Positions 36,807-45,211 of a DNA stretch of 64,000 nucleotides are shown in pieces. Each line of letters starts with the position of its first letter. Position 1 is the first letter of the stretch. Both the position numbers and the translations under genes were made by a program. The notes under the pieces are model-generated. The model was not told where the DNA came from. It did no database searches and worked only from the letters and a program-made list of their open reading frames with translations. Origin of the DNA: an uncultured Candidatus Saccharibacteria bacterium (GTDB lineage Bacteria; Patescibacteriota; Saccharimonadia; Saccharimonadales; CAZICT01); assembly GCA_964537935.1 (NCBI GenBank), contig CAZICT010000002.1, positions 76,922-140,921 on the forward strand. Direction: 5' to 3'.

Positions 36807-37871
36807 CTACTTGTTTTGCCGGCCCGGGTTTGGCTTTATGGCCTGACGGGCAGAATCGGTTTTGGTTCGGGCAAATAAAAATACAGCCAGACCGGATCCA
36901 AACAGTATAAGACTGCACCAAAGTTGCGCCATAAACACTGCCTGCTCGAAGCTTTTTACCAGTGGGATAACTACATCGGCAATTACACCTTCGGCTGTGG
37001 ATTGCAGAACATTCTGAACTATAAAATGAGCAATAACAGAACCGATAAATATCATTATCGCAACCACATAAAGTATCCTGCCGACCGCTTTTAGGCCCTG
37101 CCAGCGCTCCGGCGACAAAAGCACTACGGCCGCGGCTGTTAGCGCGGTCAGTATGCCAAGTATGACTGCTGCTGATGTGGCAAAACCGTATACTTCCGGA
37201 GGTGTTACCAGCTGTTCGCTTGATCGCGGCTGCAACTCGTCGTCATTGCTGTTTACATCCTCAGCAGTAATTATTGTTTCCGGCAAAAAATCAGAATTAT
37301 TCTCAAGCTCGGAAGTGAATCTGTCGGCAGCAGCCTGGGCGCTTACGCTTGGCGGTAAACAGGTTGCAGTAAACGGGTCGATATCGCTAGGGCTTGCCGA
37401 CGGCTCAGAGCAAGGCGGTAGGCCTGATAACTCTTTCTGAGCCAAGGTATTGATTTCTTCGATAAAGCGTTGTTTGGGCTCGGTAAGGTCAATAGTGAAC
37501 TGTATGTCAGATGTATCCCCTTCCAGCCAGGCATAAACTCCATCAATTACTTTTTCTAAGTTGACTCTGATAACCTCCGGCGGCAACGCCCGTTCAACTG
37601 CTGCTTGAAGCTCCGGACTGCTTAGGTCAAATTCTTCATTTTTTTGAGGTTCGCGACTATCCGTTTTGTCCAGCTGGACAATCAAACTGTCTATGGCCGT
37701 GTCATACGCACCGCTATCGGCGACAATGTCTTTAACTTTTTCCTTTTCGCCAAGTACCAGAGTCAGACTAATTGAGGCGACAAGCATAAATAGAAGGATA
37801 CTTAGTGCTGACTTGCTGAGAAATAGGCCGATTTGGCGAAGCACGTACATTCCAATGCTCATTGTAAACAA
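36807..37871 (-). CDS. Hypothetical membrane protein, paralog B
   Basis: 354-aa ORF with the blocks IDGVYAWLEGD, DPFTATC and DFLPETIITAEDV and the same architecture as 35611-36771. Confidence 0.65.
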   Translation of the reverse strand: MFTMSIGMYVLRQIGLFLSKSALSILLFMLVASISLTLVLGEKEKVKDIVADSGAYDTAIDSLIVQLDKTDSREPQKNEEFDLSSPELQAAVERALPPEVIRVNLEKVIDGVYAWLEGDTSDIQFTIDLTEPKQRFIEEINTLAQKELSGLPPCSEPSASPSDIDPFTATCLPPSVSAQAAADRFTSELENNSDFLPETIITAEDVNSNDDELQPRSSEQLVTPPEVYGFATSAAVILGILTALTAAAVVLLSPERWQGLKAVGRILYVVAIMIFIGSVIAHFIVQNVLQSTAEGVIADVVIPLVKSFEQAVFMAQLWCSLILFGSGLAVFLFARTKTDSARQAIKPNPGRQNK

Positions 37872-37930
37872 GTTATTTCAAACTTGCGATAGGTATTTAT
37901 GATAGGGGTGTAAAGCGCTACAATACTCAT

Positions 37931-38329
37931 ATGGAACCAAGTATTTTCACTAAAATTATCAATGGAGAGATTCCATCCCACAAAGTGTACGAGGATGATA
38001 GAACACTCGCCTTTCTGGATATTCACCCGCTTCAGCCAGGACACACCTTGGTTATACCCAAAGCTCAAGTAGACCACTTCGATGACCTGGATCAAACAGA
38101 TTATCAGGCAGTATTTGCAACCGTCAAGAAAGTTGCAGCCCGACTAAAGCAGGTTTTGGGAGCTGAACGTGCTTGTTTGCGTGTAGAAGGCTTTGATGTG
38201 CCGCATGCTCATGTGCATGTTTACCCCTGTAATTCACCTCAGGATTTCTATGGTAGACCCGGTCAGGCTGCAACAGAGCCGGATAACGGAGCTCTGGCTG
38301 CTATGGCTAAGCGTCTCGCCTTCAAGTAA
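37931..38329 (+). CDS. HIT-family (HinT-like) nucleotide hydrolase
   Basis: IFTKIINGEIPSHKVYEDD...HPLQPGHTLVIPK...VPHAHVHVYP contains the histidine triad. Confidence 0.9.
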   Translation: MEPSIFTKIINGEIPSHKVYEDDRTLAFLDIHPLQPGHTLVIPKAQVDHFDDLDQTDYQAVFATVKKVAARLKQVLGAERACLRVEGFDVPHAHVHVYPCNSPQDFYGRPGQAATEPDNGALAAMAKRLAFK

Positions 38330-38339
38330 AATAGTATTT

Positions 38340-38516
38340 ATGTCAAACGGACTCATTGCATTTATGTTCGCTGCCGGACTTGCCGGATGGGTGTACTCTA
38401 AGATTCATCGCCAGACAGGCGGTAACACCCAGTCAGCCTTGACCGTTGCAGCTGCTGCCGGGCTCATTGGATTCATTTTCTTTTTTACGCTACTACGTAT
38501 GCTTATTTCAAACTAG
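38340..38516 (+). CDS. Small (58-aa) two-TM membrane protein
   Basis: The ATG at 38340 gives MSNGLIAFMFAAGLAGWVYSKIHRQTGGNTQSALTVAAAAGLIGFIFFFTLLRMLISN. The longer track ORF from 38193 overlaps the HIT gene and is unlikely. Confidence 0.5.
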   Translation: MSNGLIAFMFAAGLAGWVYSKIHRQTGGNTQSALTVAAAAGLIGFIFFFTLLRMLISN

Positions 38517-38566
38517 CCATTTAATACTAATAAATTCTTGGATTTGCCACTACAAACAAGTATTAT

Positions 38567-39424
38567 ATGGCTATGGACGAAGTGGGTTTGGGCAAGTCTT
38601 TGCAGGACGCAAGAAAAAAGGCCGGCTTAACGCAACAGGAATTATGCGTAAGGGCCGGGCTGAGTTATTCAACGCTGGCAAAGATAGAGAGAGGCGCAAT
38701 TAAATCCCCTTCTATTTTTACTATTCAAAGCATCGCTGCGGCCTTGAACTTAACTCTTGGTGAGCTTCTTGGTGAAGTGCTGCCAACCTCAGTTAAAGCA
38801 CCGAAAAAGCGCTCTAAGAGCGGTGTAAGGTTTGTGTATTTTGATATCAATGGTTGTCTGGTGCGCTTTTTCCATAGAGCTTTTACAAGGCTGGCTGAAG
38901 ATACCGGAGCTCCGGCGGACATCGTGGAGACAACTTTTTGGCACTATAACGATAGTGTTTGTCGTGGAGAGCTGGAAATGTCGGAGTTTAATCGAATATT
39001 TGCCCGAAGGCTCCGCGTGGATTCGCTGGATTGGATGTCATATTATCTTGAAGCCATAGACCCTATTGATGATATGCAGGAGCTGGCAGTTTGGGCAGCC
39101 GAAAACTATCACATCGGGCTTTTGAGTAACATTATGCCGGGCTTCATTGATGCCATGCTAGATAAAGGATTGCTACCTAAGTTGGATTATGACAGCATTA
39201 TTGATTCATCTGTCGTCGGCGCCATTAAGCCCGAAGAAGAGATTTATTTAGCCGCGCAGACGGCAGCTATAGATTGCAAGCCAGAAGAGATATTGCTGGT
39301 TGATGATTCGCGCTCTAACCTTATGGCCGCCGAACGAGCGGGCTGGCGAGTGTTGTGGTTTGATGATTTCCGGCCTCAAGAGAGTGCCCGTAAGGTGCGC
39401 GAAGCTCTCGAGCCCGAAGATTAG
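38567..39424 (+). CDS. Fusion protein: XRE-family HTH domain plus HAD-superfamily hydrolase-like domain
   Basis: The HTH is LQDARKKAGLTQQELCVRAGLSYSTLAKIERG. HAD-like motifs are YFDINGCL (motif I with N at D+2), LLSN, KPEEEIY and LLVDDSRSN. Confidence 0.75.
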   Translation: MAMDEVGLGKSLQDARKKAGLTQQELCVRAGLSYSTLAKIERGAIKSPSIFTIQSIAAALNLTLGELLGEVLPTSVKAPKKRSKSGVRFVYFDINGCLVRFFHRAFTRLAEDTGAPADIVETTFWHYNDSVCRGELEMSEFNRIFARRLRVDSLDWMSYYLEAIDPIDDMQELAVWAAENYHIGLLSNIMPGFIDAMLDKGLLPKLDYDSIIDSSVVGAIKPEEEIYLAAQTAAIDCKPEEILLVDDSRSNLMAAERAGWRVLWFDDFRPQESARKVREALEPED

Positions 39425-41982
39425 TTCGCCTTAGAAAAGCGCTCGTACTCTGTTTGCAATTTTTCTGCTTGTGCTTGGGCTTCTTTGAGTTGGACACGTG
39501 TTTCTTCAACAAGATGCTTGGGAGCCTTATCCACGTAGTTTTTGTTACTAAGACGACCCTCCAGTTGGGCAATCGATGCCTTGGTCTGCTGGATTTTATT
39601 GGCAATCTTAGTTACATATTCTTTGGCTGTCTGAGTATCGACATCAAGCCAGCAATCAAATTTGGTGTCGGTGAGCCGCAACCCCTGACCGGATTCTACG
39701 TCCTCTACAGCATTAAGGCGTGTTAGCTGTTTGATGAGAGCCGCGTGATCGCGCAGGAACGCTTCTCCGCGGTGGTACAAAGTGAGTCCATTTAGCTTCA
39801 TGACGCTTTTGATGTAGCGAACTTCCGTTACTATAGTGCGAAGCTCTTCAAAAGCAGCTGCCCCCTTCTTGTTATAGGCCGGTATATTTTTAGGCCAGCT
39901 GCTGACAGCGAGCAGCGTATCCCCGCTCCAGGTAAGTGTTTGCCAAATAGTTTCAGTGACAAACGGCGTGAATGGGTGTGCTAACTTGAGTATTGTTTCA
40001 AGACAATAAGCCAGCATATCCAAATTCGGAATAGACTTACTGGCTTCGATGTACCAGTCGGCTACATCATCCCACACAAGATGATAAACAATATCGCTTG
40101 CTTCGGAAAATCTGTATTCATCAAGGTGTAATGACATGCTTTCGACTGCTTGATGTAATTTACTCAACAACCAATGATCGGCTTCGGATTGCGGCTTGGG
40201 TGCGGATGGCTGGACTTTTGTATCGCCAATCTTGTCTTCGATGAAACGGGCCACATTCCACAGCTTGTTACAGAAGTTGCGCGCTCCGACCAGCTTGCTT
40301 CGATCAAACGGCCTGTTACTGGCCGGTGATTCGCCCGTTACAATTCCCAGGCGAAAGGCGTCTGACCCGTATCTATCAACCTCTTCCATAGGGTTTATTA
40401 CATTCCCTTTGGATTTACTCATTTTCTGTCCGTTCTCATCTTGGATAAGTCCATGTAGATAAACAGCTTTAAATGGAATATCACCAGTAACATACAGCCC
40501 GAACATAATCATGCGAGAAACCCAGGGGTAGAGGATATCCGCACCTGTTTCCAGTAGGCTGGTGGGGTAAAATTGCTTAAAATCAGACCCATCAGGGAAA
40601 TCTAAAGTGGCATAAGGCCAGCTTGAGCTGCTGAACCAAGTATCAAAAACATCCGGATCACGCCGGTAAGTTTTACCGTCAACCTCAATTATTTCCTGGT
40701 CTACCCGTTCGTCATAAATCCATTCGTCATGATCATCGACGTTCTGAAAGGCCGGGATCGGTATACCCCAGGCGATTTGTCTGGAAATATTCCAGTCTTT
40801 CAAGCCTTTATAGTAGTTGACTAGCTGTTGTTTCTTACTTGAGGGATAAAAAGTAATCCGGTCTTCGTCAAGCGCCTTGATAGCCGGTTCAGCAAGCGGT
40901 TGAATATCAATGAACCACTGTTCCATCAGCATCGGCTCGATTACCGTACCGCACTTGTAGCATTTACCGATACGATTTTGATAATTTTCATCGACTTTTA
41001 TTAACAGATCCATATCCTTCAGGGCTTTAACTACCGCCTTACGCCCTTCCAGTACTGTCATTCCCCTAAATCTTCCGGTCTTTTCGTTCAATGTGCCGTC
41101 ATGGTTAATAACCCGTACTGCCGGTAAGTTGTGCCGCTGGGCAACTTCCCAGTCGTCAAAGCTATGAGCTGGTGTTACTTTCACCGCCCCTGTTCCGAAC
41201 TCCGGATCAACCATGTCATCGGCTACGACTTGAATATCGAACGGCCCGTTGACCCCATGCACCGTTACGACTTTGCCGACGTATTCTTTATATCGCTCAT
41301 CATCCGGATGCACAGCTACAGCAGTATCTCCGAATTTAGTTTCCGGACGAGTGGTAGCCAGCTCGAAAGGACCGTATTTCATGTAATACAAAGGTGTGGT
41401 AGCGTCTTCATAAGCTACCTCGATATCAGCGAAGCCGGTACGGTGGTACGTGCAGTAGTTTACCAGTCGTTCACCTCTGTAGATTAAGCCTTCATCCCAC
41501 ATCTTCTTAAAGGTGTCATAGGCTCGACGGACAATCTTGTCGTCAAGTGTGAAAGTGTAACGTGACCAGTCGACACTGGCTCCTAAACGGCGAAATTGCG
41601 ATTCGTAGTTTTCCTTATTTTGAGCGACAAAGTCCCAGATTTGCTGGTACAGCTCTTCCCTGCTGAAGTCAAAGCGACTTTTTTCTTGTTTTTGTAGCTC
41701 CTTCTCATAGACCGATTGGGTTTCAAAGCCAGCGTGATCTGCCCCTGGTAATAATAGGCTGGCCTCCCCTTTCATGCGGTGGTAGCGAACGGCTATATCT
41801 TCAAGTCCAAGAGTTAGACCATGGCCAAGATGTAAATTGCCATTGGCGTTGGGTGGCGGCACAACAATACTAAATGTATCTTTCGATCCCCTGGCCTTCG
41901 GTGCAAAAGCCCCGCCTTTTTCCCATAACGCATAGATATCTGATTCATATTGTTTTGGTTCATAGACTTTCGGTAATTGCAT
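39421..41982 (-). CDS. valS: Valine--tRNA ligase
   Basis: PPPNANGNLHLGHG (HIGH), KMSKSKGN (KMSKS) and a C-terminal coiled coil. I prefer the ATG at 41982 (MQLPKVYEPKQYE...) over the track's TTG at 42003. Confidence 0.95.
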   Translation of the reverse strand: MQLPKVYEPKQYESDIYALWEKGGAFAPKARGSKDTFSIVVPPPNANGNLHLGHGLTLGLEDIAVRYHRMKGEASLLLPGADHAGFETQSVYEKELQKQEKSRFDFSREELYQQIWDFVAQNKENYESQFRRLGASVDWSRYTFTLDDKIVRRAYDTFKKMWDEGLIYRGERLVNYCTYHRTGFADIEVAYEDATTPLYYMKYGPFELATTRPETKFGDTAVAVHPDDERYKEYVGKVVTVHGVNGPFDIQVVADDMVDPEFGTGAVKVTPAHSFDDWEVAQRHNLPAVRVINHDGTLNEKTGRFRGMTVLEGRKAVVKALKDMDLLIKVDENYQNRIGKCYKCGTVIEPMLMEQWFIDIQPLAEPAIKALDEDRITFYPSSKKQQLVNYYKGLKDWNISRQIAWGIPIPAFQNVDDHDEWIYDERVDQEIIEVDGKTYRRDPDVFDTWFSSSSWPYATLDFPDGSDFKQFYPTSLLETGADILYPWVSRMIMFGLYVTGDIPFKAVYLHGLIQDENGQKMSKSKGNVINPMEEVDRYGSDAFRLGIVTGESPASNRPFDRSKLVGARNFCNKLWNVARFIEDKIGDTKVQPSAPKPQSEADHWLLSKLHQAVESMSLHLDEYRFSEASDIVYHLVWDDVADWYIEASKSIPNLDMLAYCLETILKLAHPFTPFVTETIWQTLTWSGDTLLAVSSWPKNIPAYNKKGAAAFEELRTIVTEVRYIKSVMKLNGLTLYHRGEAFLRDHAALIKQLTRLNAVEDVESGQGLRLTDTKFDCWLDVDTQTAKEYVTKIANKIQQTKASIAQLEGRLSNKNYVDKAPKHLVEETRVQLKEAQAQAEKLQTEYERFSKAN

Positions 41983-42048
41983 GGGTGTTTTTCCTTGTTC
42001 CAACTGTCATCATATCACTTATCCAACAACGGAGGTTAGATTGTAAGT

Positions 42049-42115
42049 TTTCACGTGAAATATGACAAACAAACTCAAAGCTTTTCACGTGAAAGCTTCG
42101 TGTTTTTTTGTCATA
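42049..42115. promoter_or_regulatory. Twin 12-bp palindromes TTTCACGTGAAA, the second nested in a ~55-bp hairpin (candidate operator or leader structure)
   Basis: TTTCACGTGAAA occurs at 42049-42060 and 42083-42094. The outer arms tatgacaaacaaac (42061-42074) and gtttttttgtcata (42102-42115) pair at 13 of 14 positions. Confidence 0.5.
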
Positions 42116-42262
42116 ACTCATTTTTCCTAGAAGGTACAGCCACTTCGGGCTAAGGATTTGTTTGTTTGATTACAGTTTATCAAAAGTCCGGCCACTTGTC
42201 AGTACCGGTATACGCTGAGGAAACTTTATAAACTGAAGTGGTTACCATAAACAGGGATATTT

Positions 42263-42271
42263 TGATATAAT
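42263..42271 (+). promoter_or_regulatory. Extended -10 promoter element (TGATATAAT) for the FemAB-like gene
   Basis: TGnTATAAT match 23 nt upstream of the GTG start. GGAGG at 42286-42290 serves as the RBS. Confidence 0.45.
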
Positions 42272-42293
42272 CCAGGGAAAGAGCGGAGGAGAG

Positions 42294-43409
42294 GTGCCTG
42301 AAGGGCTTCAACAGATAAAAAAGGCCAATAAGGGCACGAAGTATGCCCGTAAATGGAGTAATTTTCGTCGACTTACTTCTTTGCAAGAAAGAGAAACCAG
42401 CGACACCACGGGCGAAGCTTGGGACACCAGCGTGGCTAAGGCAACGAGATGGTGCCATCTCCTTCAGTCCGACGGATGGGCAACTGTTAAGGCGAAAACC
42501 GCCTGGCGTGCAAGACAGGTGATTATTGATAGCGGCAAGGATTCTCTGCCGGTCGTCTTGTATGGCCGCAGCGTACCGGGCCTTGGGACTCTTCATTATG
42601 TTCCCAAATTGGCTAATCTTGATTCGTCGGCTGTCCAACGGTTTACAACATCGCTCAAAAGTACAGTCCGGTCCTCTATAGCTATACGGTTAGAACTTGA
42701 TCAGCCGTATGATGAAATTCTGCATGATGAGCTGTTAAGACAGGGGTGGATTAAAAGCACATCAATCCAGTATGCCCACACGGTATTGGTAGATGTCAGC
42801 CGATCTCCGGCGGAAATGTTGGCCGGTTTTAAGAAAAGGGCGCGGTGGGAGATTAGCGCCAGCTCTCGGCGCGGTGTAGTGGTAGAGCGGGTTGATTGCA
42901 CTCCGGACAAACTAAAACTTTTCTTTAATATGCTCAGAATTACCTCGAGACGAGCGAATTTTAAGACCCGCAATCAGAAGTTCTCCGAGCGTTACTGGAA
43001 GCTGTATTGTGAACGCGGGCAGGGAGCATTTTATTTATCGCGGCATGAACACGACGTTCTGGCGATGGCGTTTATCATTAAGATCGGCGACAGGGCCTAC
43101 TATAAAGACGGCGCATCCTTAAGGCATAAATCTAATCTGTTCGGGAGCAGAGCGCTGCATTGGCAGATAATGCAAGACTTGCACAACGAAGGTTATTCGG
43201 TCTATGACATGTGCGGCGTACCGGGACCACTCAACGATGACCCCGGCTATAAAGGCGTGCACACATTTAAGACAGGGTTTGCAGAGCCGGTTGAGTTGCA
43301 GGGAAGTTATGTTTTACCGATTGGCAGGCGCAAATATGAAGCCTGGAGTCGATTGGAGCCTTTAATGCTCAAAGCCTACCTGACGCTTTACAATGACATG
43401 TGGTACTAA
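42294..43409 (+). CDS. FemAB-family peptidoglycan interpeptide-bridge aminoacyl-tRNA transferase
   Basis: HLLQSDGWATVKAKTAW..., ERYWKLY..., AYYKDGASLRHKSNLFGSRALHWQIMQDLHNEGYSVYDMCGV. The start is uncertain (GTG at 42294 or a TTG about 28 codons later). Confidence 0.8.
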   Translation: MPEGLQQIKKANKGTKYARKWSNFRRLTSLQERETSDTTGEAWDTSVAKATRWCHLLQSDGWATVKAKTAWRARQVIIDSGKDSLPVVLYGRSVPGLGTLHYVPKLANLDSSAVQRFTTSLKSTVRSSIAIRLELDQPYDEILHDELLRQGWIKSTSIQYAHTVLVDVSRSPAEMLAGFKKRARWEISASSRRGVVVERVDCTPDKLKLFFNMLRITSRRANFKTRNQKFSERYWKLYCERGQGAFYLSRHEHDVLAMAFIIKIGDRAYYKDGASLRHKSNLFGSRALHWQIMQDLHNEGYSVYDMCGVPGPLNDDPGYKGVHTFKTGFAEPVELQGSYVLPIGRRKYEAWSRLEPLMLKAYLTLYNDMWY

Positions 43410-43413
43410 TGAT

Positions 43414-44475
43414 TCACATACTTAAGCTTGGGGCTATATCAAGTGTTGTTGGGTCGGCTGTCGGTTGCTCCAGTTGGGCATGGTAGCAGCCCAGGGCGGC
43501 GATCATAGCACCGTTGTCGGTGCATAACTTAGGGTCAGAATACTCTATAGCAGCTGGCAATCTTTCAGCAAGTTGTCTGCGTAATTCTTGACTGCTAGCT
43601 ACGCCACCACCTATAACCACGCTCTTTGGACGAAACTCCTCATAAGCTTGGACGGTTTTATCAACGACAGTTTCTATTGCGATATTTTGAAAGCTGGCTG
43701 CTATATCGTACTTGTGAGCGTCTGAGAGCCGCTCAGCGATGCGGAAAGATTCAAACCGATGATCTTCCCCAATAAGCTCTTGGGCGGTGCGTAAAACGGC
43801 TGTTTTGAGCCCAGAAAAGCTAAAGTCGTAAGGGTTGCTTAGTCTGGCCTTCGGAAATTCGAATGCAGAAGGGTTGCCATTTAAGGCCGCCTTGCTGATG
43901 CTGGGCCCACCAGGGTAGGGAAGTCCTATAATTTTTGCCACCTTATCAAAAGCTTCGCCGATAGCGTCATCTCGGGTTTGGCCAAGTAACCTGTAATTAA
44001 AGTGATTTTGCCACAAGACTAGTTGTGAGTGGCCGCCAGAGACTATCAGACCGAGCATCGGAAACTCCGGTTGACGGGACGGAAGTGTATAGCCCTGCAG
44101 CGAAGTCTCCGTTATGAAGTTAGCGTAAATATGCCCTTCAACGTGGTTTATAGCATACAACGGCTTATTGTTTATAAGCGCCAGCGTCTTAGCGGTTTGA
44201 ACACCGACCAGCAGACTGCCCCCCAGTCCGGCACCGTAAGTTACTGCAATTCCATCTACATCGCTCCACTCACAATCAGCATCTGCAAACGCTTGATTGA
44301 TAACAGGAGTGATAGCTTCGATGTGACTTCGGGCAGCAATTTCCGGCACCACACCGCCGTACTGGGCATGCAAATCCATACTCGTGGCAATCACGTTGGA
44401 TAATAATCTATTCCCATCTTCGACTATTGCGGCTGCCGTCTCATCACAGCTGGTTTCTATACCGATAATTTTCAC
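43414..44475 (-). CDS. tsaD: tRNA N6-adenosine threonylcarbamoyltransferase TsaD
   Basis: KIIGIETSCDETAAAIV, GVVPEIAARSH and VSGGHS motifs. I prefer the GTG at 44475, giving MKIIGIETSCDET; the track uses the TTG at 44517. Confidence 0.92.
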   Translation of the reverse strand: MKIIGIETSCDETAAAIVEDGNRLLSNVIATSMDLHAQYGGVVPEIAARSHIEAITPVINQAFADADCEWSDVDGIAVTYGAGLGGSLLVGVQTAKTLALINNKPLYAINHVEGHIYANFITETSLQGYTLPSRQPEFPMLGLIVSGGHSQLVLWQNHFNYRLLGQTRDDAIGEAFDKVAKIIGLPYPGGPSISKAALNGNPSAFEFPKARLSNPYDFSFSGLKTAVLRTAQELIGEDHRFESFRIAERLSDAHKYDIAASFQNIAIETVVDKTVQAYEEFRPKSVVIGGGVASSQELRRQLAERLPAAIEYSDPKLCTDNGAMIAALGCYHAQLEQPTADPTTLDIAPSLSM

Positions 44476-44608
44476 TATGTCATAATAGCAGAATAGGGAT
44501 GAACCGAAAGATATCAAAATAACTACATTGACAAAAACACAATAATAGTTTAATATTAACGCATGATATCTCTGGTTGAGTTATCTCCCAGTACGGTATC
44601 AGTCCCTT

Positions 44609-45156
44609 GAGAAAGCGTATAGTTCTATGCCATTTCAGGGTAGGATGTCTGTGCACCGGACTAGCAGTGCGCACACATCCTATCCTGAGATACAGGATAC
44701 GGCAAGAGGAGGGTGCGAAGTATGCGTACTTACTGTCGTTCGGCCAATCGACGCGCGACGACCTTTGAGCTCGGCCTGGCATTGGACGAAATGGCAACCC
44801 CGGACTCTGTCTTCCAGTCAAGGTACGAGGACATCGAAGCAATTTGGCGTGAGCAGCTCGTCGACGATGCTGACCAGCCGATAGATCTGAGCAAGGTCAT
44901 GGTCTTCGACGACTTCGTCGACAGCTTCGGCAGCGAGCCACCCCGTTGGCCATTCTCTCGCGAGGATGGACCCTTCCACCTGGAAGACCCGATGGCCGAA
45001 AGCCTGGACATCCTGGATGAGTTCAATGAGGACTGGCTCTACGAGGAGTCGGTGCTCTAGGCGGGAAGGCAGGTGTGTGGTGCACTAAATACATCGGTCT
45101 AACCGACTTATTGCACCATACACCTCCCTCCGCTTCATTTTTCTATACGCTTTCTC
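44609..45156. other. 548-bp compositionally foreign cassette bounded by a perfect 14-bp inverted repeat
   Basis: gagaaagcgtatag at 44609-44622 and its exact reverse complement ctatacgctttctc at 45143-45156. Inside are a 19-bp imperfect hairpin (44638-44685), a GC3-rich ORF, and a 14-bp hairpin (45071-45084 / 45112-45125). Confidence 0.45.
44722..45060 (+). CDS. Orphan acidic protein encoded in GC3-rich, foreign-looking DNA
   Basis: GGAGGG lies 8 nt before the ATG at 44722. The ORF is 112 aa, and roughly three quarters of its codons end in G/C by hand count, versus about 37% in the first 30 codons of adjacent murE. Several overlapping ORFs on other frames are typical of high-GC DNA. Confidence 0.6.
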   Translation: MRTYCRSANRRATTFELGLALDEMATPDSVFQSRYEDIEAIWREQLVDDADQPIDLSKVMVFDDFVDSFGSEPPRWPFSREDGPFHLEDPMAESLDILDEFNEDWLYEESVL

Positions 45157-45211
45157 TCTTTCTTTATACATGTTTAAGGCTCGGCGCTAATATACCCGTA
45201 TACTAGTTATT

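Noticed and set aside
41983-42293. T-box riboswitch upstream of valS, or upstream of the tRNA-dependent Fem gene
   Set aside because: I wrote out both strands and found no GGGTGGTACCGCG-type T-box sequence. The only loose resemblances were AAGTGGCTGTACC and GTGGTTACCA. An Infernal scan would settle it.
42180-42638. 152-aa minus-strand ORF spanning the valS/Fem intergenic region and the Fem gene 5' end
   Set aside because: It is antisense to a well-supported FemAB-family CDS. It has no RBS or recognisable motif, and its sequence is Ser/Arg/Cys-rich and looks like junk.
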